A stretch of DNA of 64,000 nucleotides from Eledone cirrhosa (Eukaryota): the NCBI GenBank assembly GCA_964016885.1, contig OZ024743.1, positions 332,754,001-332,818,000 on the forward strand. Reading direction: 5' to 3'. The notes below the pieces were generated by a model. The model worked only from the letters and a program-made list of their open reading frames with translations. It was not told the origin of the DNA and did not search any database. Shown here one piece after another: positions 1 through 10,499 of the stretch (the stretch's first letter is position 1; each line of letters starts with the position of its first letter). Made by a program: the position numbers and the translations under genes.

Positions 1-460
1 GCAATTATTAGGTCCTGGGTTCAATCCCACAATGTAGCATCATGGCAAGTGTCATTTACCATAGCCTCCCATCAAGCCATGCCTTGTGACTGAGATTGGG
101 TGGACAAACTATTTGGAAGCCTGTCAGAATGACTGTACTTGTAATTCATGGGACCACTTTTGTCACACTGTATCAAGCTGAATCTCCCTCAGAATTACAC
201 TGAGTTCATGTATCTGTGGAATGCTCAGTATCTAAAGTCTATCTCAAGCCAGGAGGCTTGTGGTTATCCCAGTTTCATGGCATGGAGCTACTGAGAGTAC
301 ATGACTCCCCACTGGACAGGATGCCAGTCCATTGCAGCTATTGCTGGTACTTATTTTCAGCTGAATGCTCAGCCATTTACATGTTAATTATGAGTAGACT
401 ATACCATTGATTGAACAACTGGAACCAACAGAAGACCATTGATGATTGATGGAACACAGA
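1..460 (+). mobile_element. tRNA-derived SINE with nested insertion
   Basis: B-box gggttcaatccc, ggcaagtgtc core and ctgaatctccctcagaattacac body. Interrupted at 229-362. Confidence 0.7.
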
Positions 461-869
461 TAGAACCAACAGAGCTCCATTCTGTTGATGATTGAAATCA
501 TTTCATCTATTCTATGGTCTTGTTTATATATTTGAAATGAAAAAATGAAATTTACTGTTCACACCTATGAAGGTAGAGCTGACCTCCTACAAGATGACAG
601 TAGAGGAAGTTTCTTGGCTGTTTCATTGATTGGGGCTACAGTCCAATCATCAAAAGTAACATGAAATGAAGAGTCTTACTCAAGAACACAAGTCACGCAG
701 TCCAGGAATTGAACCCACAAATTTATGATTGTGTTTTCAACTCCCTAACTACTTGGTCACATGCTTTCATTTCATAACTACATTTACACAATGTTTTTCA
801 AACCTAAATGAGATATATGTTTAACTTCAACATTTTTAGTATATTACATTACATGATGTGGTTGGATAA

Positions 870-1640
870 CAAGTAGACTAACAGGAAGGGAGAGCTTTGC
901 ATGTAGAAGATGCACAGGAGTAATTGAGAGGAAGAGTTCCAATGATATAAACCTTTTCTAGTCACAGAAAGGATTCATAGATGTGGTTGATAGCCTCTGC
1001 TATCTAGGTGACTTCATTAGCAGTGGAGGAGCATGTGCTGACAGTATAATAGCTAGAATAAGGATAAGATGGAAGAAGTTTAGATAACCACTCCTGAGAG
1101 AAACTAGGCATAAGAGGAATCAGATGTTGTGTGCAAGGGAGATTACATTGGTATGGGCATATGATGTGTATGAAGGATGACAGCTGTCTAAAAAGGTGCA
1201 GAGCTCAACGTCAATGGAAGCTTTGGAGTGGGAAGACCCAGGAAAACTTGGGATGAGGTGATAAAAACAGACCTTACTCAATTGCACCTCTCAAAGGCGA
1301 TGACACAGGAACAAATCTCTGGAGTTATGCAGTAATACAGGCCGAAGCTGAAGCATACATACAGTATGCCCTGTCCCACTGTATAGGGGTCGTGTAAGTA
1401 TGATGACAAAAAGCACCCAGCCCACACTGTAAAGTGATCATGTAGGTGTGTCACGACAAAAAGCACCCAGTCCACATTGTAAAGTTGTGTAGGTTTCACG
1501 GCAAAAAGCACCCAGTACTCATTGTAAATGAGGTTAGGGTTAGGGAGATGAAGGGATGCAACTAGTGGAGAGGTGCCGTGCTGAGAACAAGCCGTCTAAC
1601 CCACGCAAAAATGGATGTAAAAACGACGATGACAATGAGG
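870..1640 (+). mobile_element. Decayed RTE-clade LINE 3' fragment
   Basis: Reads ...VVDSLCYLGDFISSGG.C..SIIARIRIRWKKFR..., LHWYGHMM and GRPRKTWDEVIKTDL with stops and shifts. Ends gccgtctaacccacgc...atggatgtaaaaacgacgatga. Confidence 0.8.
1400..1535 (+). repeat. Three tandem units of the same motif inside the RTE fragment
   Basis: gacaaaaagcacccag(c/t)ccacactgtaaagt x3. Confidence 0.85.
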
Positions 1641-1694
1641 ACCACAATACATGTTGGAATTTTTCCAGAAATCTTTGGCGAATTCATACCTTAA

Positions 1695-1882
1695 CCCTTT
1701 AGCATTTATACTGGTCAGAATTCTCTCACCTCTTTCTGTTCAAACCGGCCACTCATACTGATGTTAACGTATTGTTCTCAAAACAAATATCATCAAAATC
1801 TCATAGATTTAATATTATGTGAGATAAAGCCTTTACTATGAAAATGTAATAGTATATATAGAGTAATGTAAATGCTAAAGGG
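1695..1882. mobile_element. piggyBac-derived MITE (188 bp)
   Basis: TTAA at 1691-1694 and 1883-1886. TIRs CCCTTTAGCATTTA / TAAATGCTAAAGGG, nearly identical to those of the 10500-13015 element. Confidence 0.92.
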
Positions 1883-2490
1883 TTAACATCAGCTGCTATA
1901 ACCAACTGATTTAAAGTTCTAAATTAATAACCATTATTTAACATCCGTTTTCCTTGCTAACAAGGGTTGGCTGGGTTATCACAGATCAACTGAGTACTCA
2001 AACAGAGCCACTGACCTCTGAGATGAGCTGGGGAACTTAAGTGCATGATATTGCGACATCAGAGTCCTCCCGACCCTTTGTTTAGCATGTTTTCTATGAT
2101 TGGATTTTCTTCCTTTCACCAATACACTTTGAAAGTGCAAATAACTCTGATCAATAGTCTGTAATAGTGAAGTTACATTGGGCTTTTCCTCAACTACTGT
2201 CAATTTCCACTCACAATGCATTGCAGTAAATACTTGGGTGTTTTGCTCTTCATGGTTTTCTTGATTGCTGGGGAGCAGAGGCTCTAATCATTTTACAGTT
2301 TACGCTGACACCCAGTTTAACCCTACTTTGTCACAAACATCTGAACCAAGTCTCCAATCTAGGCATAACTTTCTCCTTTTCTCCACCTGTCTTGGAGCAG
2401 GTCTCTGGTCTGGAGACAGCTTTCTCTTTTCCTCTTCTCACTAAACAATAACCAATAACCATAAGACATCCTACACAAACAACTCAACAT

Positions 2491-2670
2491 ATGGTAGTGC
2501 TGGTGCCATGATAAAATACACCCAGTATGCTCTGCAAAATGGTAGTGCAAGTGCCACGATAAAATACACAGTACACCCTGTAAATTGGTAGCGCTAGTGT
2601 CATGATAAAACATCCAATACACTCTCGAGTGGTTGGTGATAGAAAAGGGTATCTAACCATAGAAATCATG
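2491..2670 (+). repeat. Three tandem ~48-bp units followed by the remainder of the parent element
   Basis: atggtagtgctggtgccatgataaaatacacccagtatgctctgcaaa x3 (diverged), then gtggttggtgatagaaaagggtatctaaccatagaaatc. Confidence 0.85.
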
Positions 2671-2769
2671 ACGATGTGGGGAAATAATAATGATGACGAT
2701 GATTATCTCAACTACGAGTGGATGAATTTGATCAAAGTTTATCTCTTCACTTATGATACTAATCACTCA

Positions 2770-2990
2770 CTTAGTAGCTTATCGTGAGGTTGGGAGTTTG
2801 ATTCCCAGACTTGGCGATGCATTATATCATTGAGCAAGACACTATTTCATAGTTACGTCCCTTTACGATCTGAGTTCAAATCCCGCCGAGGTTAACTTTA
2901 TTTTATCAACCCCGTAAGGATGAAAGGCAAAGTACCAGTAATGTACTGGGTAATTGCTGGCCTTGTGCCTAAAATAGAAACAACTATTTC
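2770..2990 (+). mobile_element. Two juxtaposed SINE fragments
   Basis: gggagtttgattccc...ttgagcaagacact, followed by ctgagttcaaatcccgccgagg...aagtaccag...ggccttgtgcc. Confidence 0.65.
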
Positions 2991-3459
2991 ACATTGCTCT
3001 TTCTGTTAGGAGTTGTGACAGTATCAGCAATAGAAAGACTACTGGAAGCATTGTTTCCTTGGTCTAATTTGACAAGTTCCACCTCACTTGGTAAGCAAAT
3101 GAGGTCTGGGATCTTGTCAATCAATTCAATTGACATATGGATAAAACAAAGTCATTTGAAGGTCATTTCCCTTGCTAAAGCAGGGGTTATCCCCCCACCC
3201 ACAGACACAAAACAAGCTTCATTTTTAACTCTGTCTTTTCAAGCCAGGTTTTCCCATTCCTCTACAATTATTTCCATCACTCTTCTCATTCAGATACCTC
3301 CCTCCCATTCATCCATCAGACTAGTCACATTTACATTCTTTCCAGCCATCTTCATCATCCATGTCTTGTTCCCATCATGGCACCTCTCACCCATGAAGCA
3401 ATACACCACCTTCTTCCCCTCCAGTGGCACTCCCCACCTCCACACTTTCCAGCAATAGA

Positions 3460-4292
3460 AACAATAAATAATTTCATTTTAATCTTTTATTCAATTATTT
3501 ATATTATATTTTCTGTGTTTTTTTTTTTTGATTTATTTGTTTTCCAAAAACAATTTTAAATGTACGAAGTGGCAGGTGATGGATTTTTGGAGGGGAAAAA
3601 ATAATGGATTAGCAATAAACCAACCAAGATGTTTTTGGAAATATTTTTAATTTTTCATTTTTTTTTCATTCATTTTTTAAAATATTTTATTTTAAATTTA
3701 ATAAATGTTTCTACTAAAAAGTTTTTCAGGATATTTTCTGTCGTTCTTTCATTTTTTTTTATTTAAACAAAACCCCTTTCACCTGACCCACAATACAGAA
3801 TTTATTTTCCACTCATACCTTAAAAAAAAATATAAGAAAAAAATTTCTATAAATTTAATTTCTTACTCTGTATCTTTGCTTCAGTCAATTCCCCCATACC
3901 CTCCCCCGTACCAAATTTTCAAAGCACTAACGTAAGCTCCGAACAGGAATTTCAGTTTTTAAATTATTTTATTTTTTTATTTTTCATGTTTTTAATGTTT
4001 ATTTTTTTCATTGAGGGGCAAAAAAAAAAAAAAAAAAAAAAAAGATTTATTTAGGTGGTGAAGAAAAAAAAAAACTTGCCCCTTGTCTGCTGAATATATA
4101 TATATATGTGTATGTATGTACGCACATGTATGTATATATATATATATAAATATATATGTATGTGTATTATATATATATATATATGTACACACACATATAC
4201 ATACACTCACACACACATGTATTACATAATCTTTTTTTTTTAAATCTCAACAAGGAAATGTTTGTCTCCCTTTATCTCCCATATCCAATGTT
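3460..4292 (-). other. Probable AT-rich 3' UTR of the GANAB-like gene, with (TA)n/(CA)n microsatellite (4094-4218) and A-run (4020-4043)
   Basis: Directly follows the stop codon. Several AATAAA on the minus strand (tttatt on plus, e.g. ~4046). The true transcript end is not determinable. Confidence 0.5.
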
Positions 4293-4402
4293 TTACTCCA
4301 GAGTTATTGTCCAATCATCCATTATATTCACTGCAGGCTTTCGTATTACTAATACTTTGGTTTCTGTGTAATATTTCGAATCCAGAATTTTGGCTGCTGA
4401 CC
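4293..4402 (-). CDS. GANAB: GANAB-like terminal coding exon
   Basis: (G)SAAKILDSKYYTETKVLVIRKPAVNIMDDWTITLE* (TAA 4295-4293), matching the L.IRKP..N...DW.I.L C-terminus typical of glucosidase II alpha. ttttag acceptor. Confidence 0.92.
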
Positions 4403-4809
4403 CTAAAAGGATAAAAATAATATATATAAATATATATACACACACAAATGAATTTATATCGATATAGAAAATATCGACTCGCTATACTCCCCCCACCTCA
4501 AGTTCACACTTTAAAGTGTCGGTGTTGGGAAGGGCATCCAGCCTTATGAACCAAACCAAAATCAGTTCTATCACAACAAGACAGCTTCTCTAACCCATGC
4601 TAATGTGGAAAATGGACATTATGGATGATATACCATAACCCCTCAATGTAAATTTGGTGTGAAAATATAAAAAAACAGAGGGCACTCATACAGATAATGT
4701 TATGGATACAACAAATTTAATATATAGCATAAAAAACATAGAATCAAAGCAGTATATTTTAAATATAAGACGCTCACTCTCATATTTACACACAAACCTC
4801 ACACAGTTT

Positions 4810-5142
4810 TGGATCTCTGTTGGTTCCGACAATGAGTATTCCTGTTTGATCAAGAGATCGGCCTGATCATGAAACTAAAGTTTAACTGGTTGAGCATTCC
4901 ATAGACATGTGAACTCTTAACGTAGTTCTCAGGGAGATTCAGTATGACAGTGTGTATGAAAGCTGGTTCTTTGAATTACAGGTAGAGTCCATCCAAAAGG
5001 TTTCTAAACAGTCCCTGTCTACCCAATTTCACTCACAAGACACGGGTCAAACCAAAGCCATGGTAAATGACACTTGCCCAAGATGCCATGCAGTGTTGAT
5101 TGAATCTGGGACCTAATGACTGCAAAGTGAATTCCTTAATCA
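4810..5142 (-). mobile_element. tRNA-derived SINE, same family as 1-460
   Basis: gagcattccatagacatg...gtagttctcagggagattcag...gacacttgcccaag...gattgaatctgggacc is the reverse complement of the 1-460/17407 family. Confidence 0.75.
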
Positions 5143-5367
5143 TTCTCGTCTTATAGTAAACAGTAGTTCATGTGGTGACCATTAGTTTAATTAAATGACT
5201 TTGGCTTCGTGAACACCAGTGGCTTGGCAATGATCAACTTAATTTTCAACAATTGGTTTGCACATTTGCTCCAGTTAGCAGAGAAATCTATGAATATGCA
5301 AGTGTAGCGAGCTGCTTATATTCTAGCCATTAGAAAAAGCAAAATGAATGCTTCACCTTCAATGGAG

Positions 5368-5577
5368 AGAGAAAGCTGTCACTAGACCAGAGACCTTCTC
5401 CAAGACTATTGGAAGAAAGCTGTCCCTAGACTAGAGACCTCCAAAACAATTGGAAGCTGTCCCTAGACTTGAGACCTCCAAAACTATTGAAAGAAAGTTG
5501 TTCCTAGACCAAAGACCTTCTCTAAAACTATTGGAAGAAAGCTGTCCTTAGACCAGAGACCTTCTCCAAAACTATTT
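5368..5577. repeat. ~44-bp minisatellite (~5 copies)
   Basis: Unit gaaagctgtccctagaccagagaccttctccaaaactattggaa. Confidence 0.92.
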
Positions 5578-5666
5578 CATGTTTCTCTTATGTACTTTCT
5601 GCTATTTTAATCCATCTGCAGAGGGGAAAAAGTACTGCCCTTCCACATTGAACAACAGAAACTTAC

Positions 5667-5770
5667 CTTTAACTTTTATTGTTGTTTTCATGGGATGTTT
5701 CTCCAAACCTGCAATTATTACTCTTTCTATCCACTCTTTAGTTTTATATGTTGTTTGTGGGTTCAACAGT
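5667..5770 (-). CDS. GANAB: GANAB-like exon
   Basis: (K)LLNPQTTYKTKEWIERVIIAGLEKHPMKTTIKVK, with the WIERV.I.G motif. tttcag/gtaagt boundaries, phases 2 to 1. Confidence 0.92.
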
Positions 5771-6060
5771 CTGAAAGAGAAAAACATGTCAAGCATTCAA
5801 TAGGTGATAGGAAAAATAGATTTCTTATAACACAGACATCAGCTGCCGGTCATTGCACAACAAAAATACAAATTTGACAATTTTACTCTATTTTCTCACT
5901 CTTATTTGACTATAATTCTAATGTAATACACCCTATTTCAATTACTTGACCCTTACTTCACTATATTTCTAATGAAACACATGAATGGAGATCTTTTATA
6001 CTTAATCAACCATAGCTAGCTACATTTATAGATTGTGTGAAAGAAAAAAAATATACTTAC

Positions 6061-6170
6061 TTGGTAGACAATGTATTTTTTTCAAATAAAAATTCTCGAT
6101 GTGCAGACGCTCCCTTTTTATAGTTTGTGGAATGGTAATCATCAATATAAAGGTCACCTTTTGCAACATC
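6061..6170 (-). CDS. GANAB: GANAB-like exon
   Basis: Hand translation DVAKGDLYIDDYHSTNYKKGASAHREFLFEKNTLST, with the A.G.LY.DD motif. tttcag/gtaagt boundaries, phases 0 to 2. Confidence 0.92.
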
Positions 6171-6237
6171 CTGAAATAGAGAAAAAGAATTAGAGACAAG
6201 GTAGAAATAAACATAATTACCTTGTCTAACTCTTAAC

Positions 6238-6700
6238 CTGTTGACTGCCGCGTATATTTTACACAGCTACAACTGCTGTGTTGATTGCCACGTATATTTT
6301 ACACAGCTACAGCTGCTGCGTATATTTTACACAGTTCCAGCTGCTGTGTTGACTGCCGCATATATTTTACACAGCTACAGTTGCTGTGTTGATTGCCGCG
6401 TATATTTTACACAGCTACAGCTGCTGTGTTGATTGCCGCGTATATTTTACACAGCTACAGCTGCTGTGTTGACTGCCAAGTATATTTTACACAGCTACAA
6501 CTGTTGTGTTGACTGCCGCGAATATTTTACACAGCTTCAGCTGCTGTGTTGACTGCCGCGTATATTTTACACAGCTACAGCTGCTGTGTTGACTGCCGCG
6601 TATATTTTACACAGCTACAGCTGCTGTGTTGAGTGCCAACTATATTTTACACAGCTACAGCTGCTGTGTTGACTGCCGCGTATATTTTACACAGCTTCAG
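6238..6700. repeat. 40-bp minisatellite (~11-12 copies)
   Basis: Unit ctgctgtgttgactgccgcgtatattttacacagctacag. Confidence 0.97.
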
Positions 6701-6891
6701 GATGATAAGAATTAATGTAGTTTAATGTGGTACAGGATAAGAGTTAATGCATTCAAGTGAAAAATACAAAGTTGAAGCAGCTCAACATAAGATAGAACTA
6801 GTGAATTGTTGTCAGTGTGTGAGCTTTAACATCATACTTTCATTTTAAAAGAAACACTAAGGTAGAACTAATGTATGCACACATACGCACA

Positions 6892-7043
6892 CCTTTAGCA
6901 TTTACATAATATTGAATCTATGAGATTTTGATATTTATTTTGAGAACAATACCTTATCAGTACAAGTGGCCAGTTATGTCTGGTTTGAACAAAAAGAGGT
7001 GAGAGAATTCTGGTTGGATACAGCCTGTTTAAATGTTAAAGGG
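6892..7043. mobile_element. Second copy of the same MITE in inverted orientation, left end eroded
   Basis: cctttagcatttac ... aaatgttaaagggTTAA. Internal sequence (aatctatgagattttgat...tttgagaacaatac...aaagaggtgagagaattct) is the reverse complement of the 1695-1882 copy. Confidence 0.88.
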
Positions 7044-7088
7044 TTAAAGAAATAGTTTATCGAGAAACTTTCAGATGGGAATACTTAC

Positions 7089-7202
7089 ATTTCTGTTAAG
7101 ACATACAATCAGAGAGAATGGATCGTGCCTCATCAAAATAGATGAGCGCCTCATACGATATTTCCTTGGAATAATGAAGCCACCACGTACATATACAGGA
7201 AT
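7089..7202 (-). CDS. GANAB: GANAB-like exon
   Basis: Hand translation IPVYVRGGFIIPRKYRMRRSSILMRHDPFSLIVCLNRN, matching the GANAB-type IPVFQRGG..RRSS..DP motif. ttctag/gtaagt boundaries, 114 nt. Confidence 0.93.
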
Positions 7203-7509
7203 CTAGAAAATTTAGAAAATAAATATTAATCAAATGGTAATAAATAAAAAATAAATAAATAAAATAAAAAAATTTAGAATCCAAGGAAGTCAAGAAAATT
7301 TGTATATTAACTCTTAACATCCAGTAATAATTTAGAAATAGATATCTAAAAACATCAGTTCATTAAAATGTTTTAGTATTTTTATCAGCAGACAGATTGT
7401 CGTGAAAATTTTCCCCAGCATGACCTGAGCCTATTGGCTGGTGCATGTAATAGAGTAATATAAGATGAATGACTAATTTTTACTGGGATTCATGTACTGG
7501 GAGCTTTTT

Positions 7510-8035
7510 TGTGGCCCCACCACTACCACTTTACAGGATAGACCAGGTGCTTTTCATCATGTCACCAATACAACCCACCTAACAGGGTGGAATGGGCTCT
7601 TTTCCTCATGTCACCAATACAACCACCTAACAGGATGGACTGGGTTATTTTTATCATGTCACCAATACAACCACCTAACAGGATGGACTGGGTTATTTTT
7701 ATCATGTCACCAATACAACCACCTAACAGGATGGACTGGGTTATTTTTATCATGTCACCAATACAACCACCTAACAGGATGGACTGGGTTATTTTTATCA
7801 TGTCACCAATACAACCACCTAACAGGATGGGCTGGGTTATTTTTATCATGTCACCAATACAACCACCTAACAGGATGGACTGGGTTATTTTTATCATGTC
7901 ACCAATACAACCACCTAACAGGATGGACTGGGTTATTTTTGTCATGTCACCAATACAACGACCTAACACAGAATGGACTGGGTTATTTTTGTTGTAGCAC
8001 CAGTACTATCACTACAGTATGGACTAGGTGCTTTA
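7510..8035. repeat. 48-bp minisatellite (~9 near-perfect copies plus degenerate ends)
   Basis: Unit catgtcaccaatacaaccacctaacaggatggactgggttatttttat. Confidence 0.97.
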
Positions 8036-8266
8036 TGAAAAAAAGAAGAATGAAATGCAATTCATAGCTCACACCTATGTAGATTTATGTGGCCTCATAC
8101 AAGGTTTTTTGGGTGTTTAATAAATAGAGACCCCAGCCTGATAATGAAAAGCATAATGAAATGAAGGTCTACCTGGGCAAGGAATTGCTCATGAGAGCAA
8201 CACCTTAACCACTAGGCCACACATATATATATAGCATATTGAAGAAACAAAAAAACAACAAAACAG

Positions 8267-8290
8267 CCCCCCCCCCCCCCCCCCCCCCCC
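8267..8290. repeat. Poly-C run (about 24 nt; poly-G on the gene's sense strand)
   Basis: Seen directly, ~60 nt into the intron after the 8354 donor. Confidence 0.9.
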
Positions 8291-8353
8291 ACATACACAC
8301 ACTAAATCTATGAGAAACAGTTAAAATTATAAGGTTTTGTTAAAGGTTTTTAC

Positions 8354-8428
8354 CTTATCTAAAGGAGCATCTACTTTGACACTCTGACCACCAGCAAAAC
8401 TCTTGAAGTCCATAATGTCATACCATAT
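8354..8428 (-). CDS. GANAB: GANAB-like exon
   Basis: Hand translation IWYDIMDFKSFAGGQSVKVDAPLDK. ccag acceptor, gtaaaa donor, 75 nt, phase 0. Confidence 0.9.
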
Positions 8429-8484
8429 CTGGCAAAGATAAAAATTACAGGAGCATTTATTTATTAAGTAACATAGATGGCACA

Positions 8485-8900
8485 ATCATCATCACCACCA
8501 CCACCATTTATATGTCCAGTTTATAATGCTTGCCTTGGTTAGACAAGTCCTCCCCTCCAATAAAGTATCTCTCCATTTGTCATCTTTCAGAGGCATACTT
8601 TCTTGAGGACAGCTTTCATCACTGCTATTACGTCTTTCTTGGGTCTTCCTCTTCCTTGACTCCCTTCCACTGGCAACTCCTGGCCATTCTTCACCCAACA
8701 ATAACCATCCAAACCCATACCAATGTAACCTCTCCTATACACATCATTTTATTCCTTTGATCCTTATCTTCCTTCCGCTGGCAACACCTGGTACTTATTC
8801 ACTTAACAATGATCATCCATATACATGACATGTCTATACCAGAGCAATCTTCTCTCCTATGCATAACATTTGATTTCTCTGATGCACAGAGGTTTCTATC
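8485..8900 (-). mobile_element. Decayed RTE-clade LINE 3' fragment
   Basis: Minus strand reads LWYRHVMYMDD and GRPKK, and ends tctaaccaaggcaagc...ctggacatataaatggtggtggtgatgatga. Confidence 0.65.
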
Positions 8901-9292
8901 AGCTCAGCAATTTCTAGTCGATACATAATGTTATACATCCAGCAAAGAGTGTTTTATTTGTTTCTCTTCAACACTGATTGCAACTTTCTTTTAGAATGAG
9001 ATTATTGATTGAATTATACCAGTATATTACTGGTACTTATTTTAATCAAACTCAAAGGGATGAATGGAAAATCCACCATTATCATTATTCTTGTTTTTAT
9101 ATCCACTTTTGCATACTTGCATGAGTTGGAACAGTTTTTCTACAGTTGGGTGCCTTTCTTCAGGAAGAGTATTCAGCCATGGAAAAATTGCCTCAAAAAG
9201 TCCCATCCAACCCATGCCAACATAATTTATTGGGGAAGTAGTGTAAAAACTGGAATGGTAATGATGAAATTAATAAATAAACAACCACCAAC

Positions 9293-9369
9293 CTCTCCTT
9301 TACCAGGAAAGTAAACATCAGTTGATGTTACACCAGGGTCAGATACAGGTTTAACCAGTAAAGCAGGAC
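9293..9369 (-). CDS. GANAB: GANAB-like exon
   Basis: Hand translation GPALLVKPVSDPGVTSTDVYFPGKGE. ttgtag acceptor, gttggt donor, phases 1 to 0. Confidence 0.9.
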
Positions 9370-9569
9370 CTACAATGAGAATTAGAATAAGATTAAAATA
9401 ATAGAACCTGAAATAAGAAAGCAGTTTTGGAGGAGATTTACCTAGTGCAGAGTGGGATAGAAAATGGACAGAATGGGCAATGTAGAATCAGCAAAGTTAG
9501 TAGAGATTTGTCTGGCAAGTGTTCACATGTATTGACTGCAGTTAGGGAGGTATTGATCACATGTATTGA

Positions 9570-9890
9570 CTGCAGCCATTCTAGGGCCCTCTTTCAACAG
9601 TTTTAGTCAATCATATCAACCCCAGAAATCATTTAACCTGGAACTTATTTTATCAATCTTTATGGGACATTAAAGAAATGCAACACAAACAAGAGCAACC
9701 TAAAAATCAATACAGATAGCTACACACACATGCATTCAAGGGCTTCCATTTGTATCTGTCTGCCAAATTTCTATCTCAAGCGTTTGAGTGGAAGCTATAC
9801 TAGCAGATACATGCCCAAGATACCATGAGTGGGACTGAATCCAGAACCACATAGTTGCAAAGCAAACTCCTTAACCACACAGCCATACCT
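9570..9890 (-). mobile_element. tRNA-derived SINE
   Basis: Minus strand begins caggtatggctgtgtggttaaggagtttgc...ggttctggattcagtcccact...cttgggcatgt (A box, B box, core). Confidence 0.75.
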
Positions 9891-10030
9891 GTCACCTGTA
9901 AACTCCTTAACGACACAGCCTTACCTGTCACTTATAAACTCCTTAACGACACAGCCACACCTGTAAACTCCTTAACGACACAGCCATATCTGTCACCTGT
10001 AAACAGCTTAACGACATTGTCACACCTGTA
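9862..10030. repeat. ~36-bp tandem repeat of the SINE 5' head (~5 copies)
   Basis: Unit aaactccttaacgacacagccatacctgtcacctgt. Confidence 0.9.
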
Positions 10031-10064
10031 CTTATGTCTCCAAAAAAGAAATAACTTTACATAC

Positions 10065-10314
10065 CAAGTAAATGTTCATCATCTGTTTTGAAAATGGAAG
10101 ATTCCTCAGGAAATTCAACCCAGAGTGGCAACATAACTGGCATTCCGGACTTTTCACTGTTGCTGAATAAGGTGTACCAATAGGGCAGGAAGGTGTAACG
10201 TGTGTGAATAGCATTGCGGATTATGTTTTTATTCATGTCAGGCAGTAACCAAGGTTCTCTACGTTTTGTGTCCATATGAGCGTGAGCTCGGAAAAATGGT
10301 TGAAAGGCAGCAGC
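10065..10314 (-). CDS. GANAB: GANAB-like exon
   Basis: AAAFQPFFRAHAHMDTKRREPWLLP...RYTFLPYWYTLF...GMPVMLPLWVEFPEE...DDEHLL. tag acceptor, gtatgt donor. Confidence 0.95.
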
Positions 10315-10499
10315 CTACAAAAGAGAAAAATCAGTGAGATACTCTCAGGTTCCAAATAAGGGAGAGAGGGCGGGGGGGTTTGGACATTTTCTTAAATTCT
10401 TATAAGTGTGTGTGTAGGGCTCAGTAATTGTATAGTGTACATTCGTAAATATGGGATTTCTTGTAATGTTTTTTTTTGTCAGATATAATGTTTCTTTAA

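Noticed and set aside
2994-3458. 154-aa plus-strand ORF
   Set aside because: TTG start, low-complexity S/I/F/P composition, no recognisable domain or splice context.
7492-8067. ORFs of 135-191 aa on both strands
   Set aside because: They are translations of the 48-bp minisatellite.
9523-9575. 19-bp direct repeat tcacatgtattgactgcag
   Set aside because: A small local duplication at a SINE end with no further structure.
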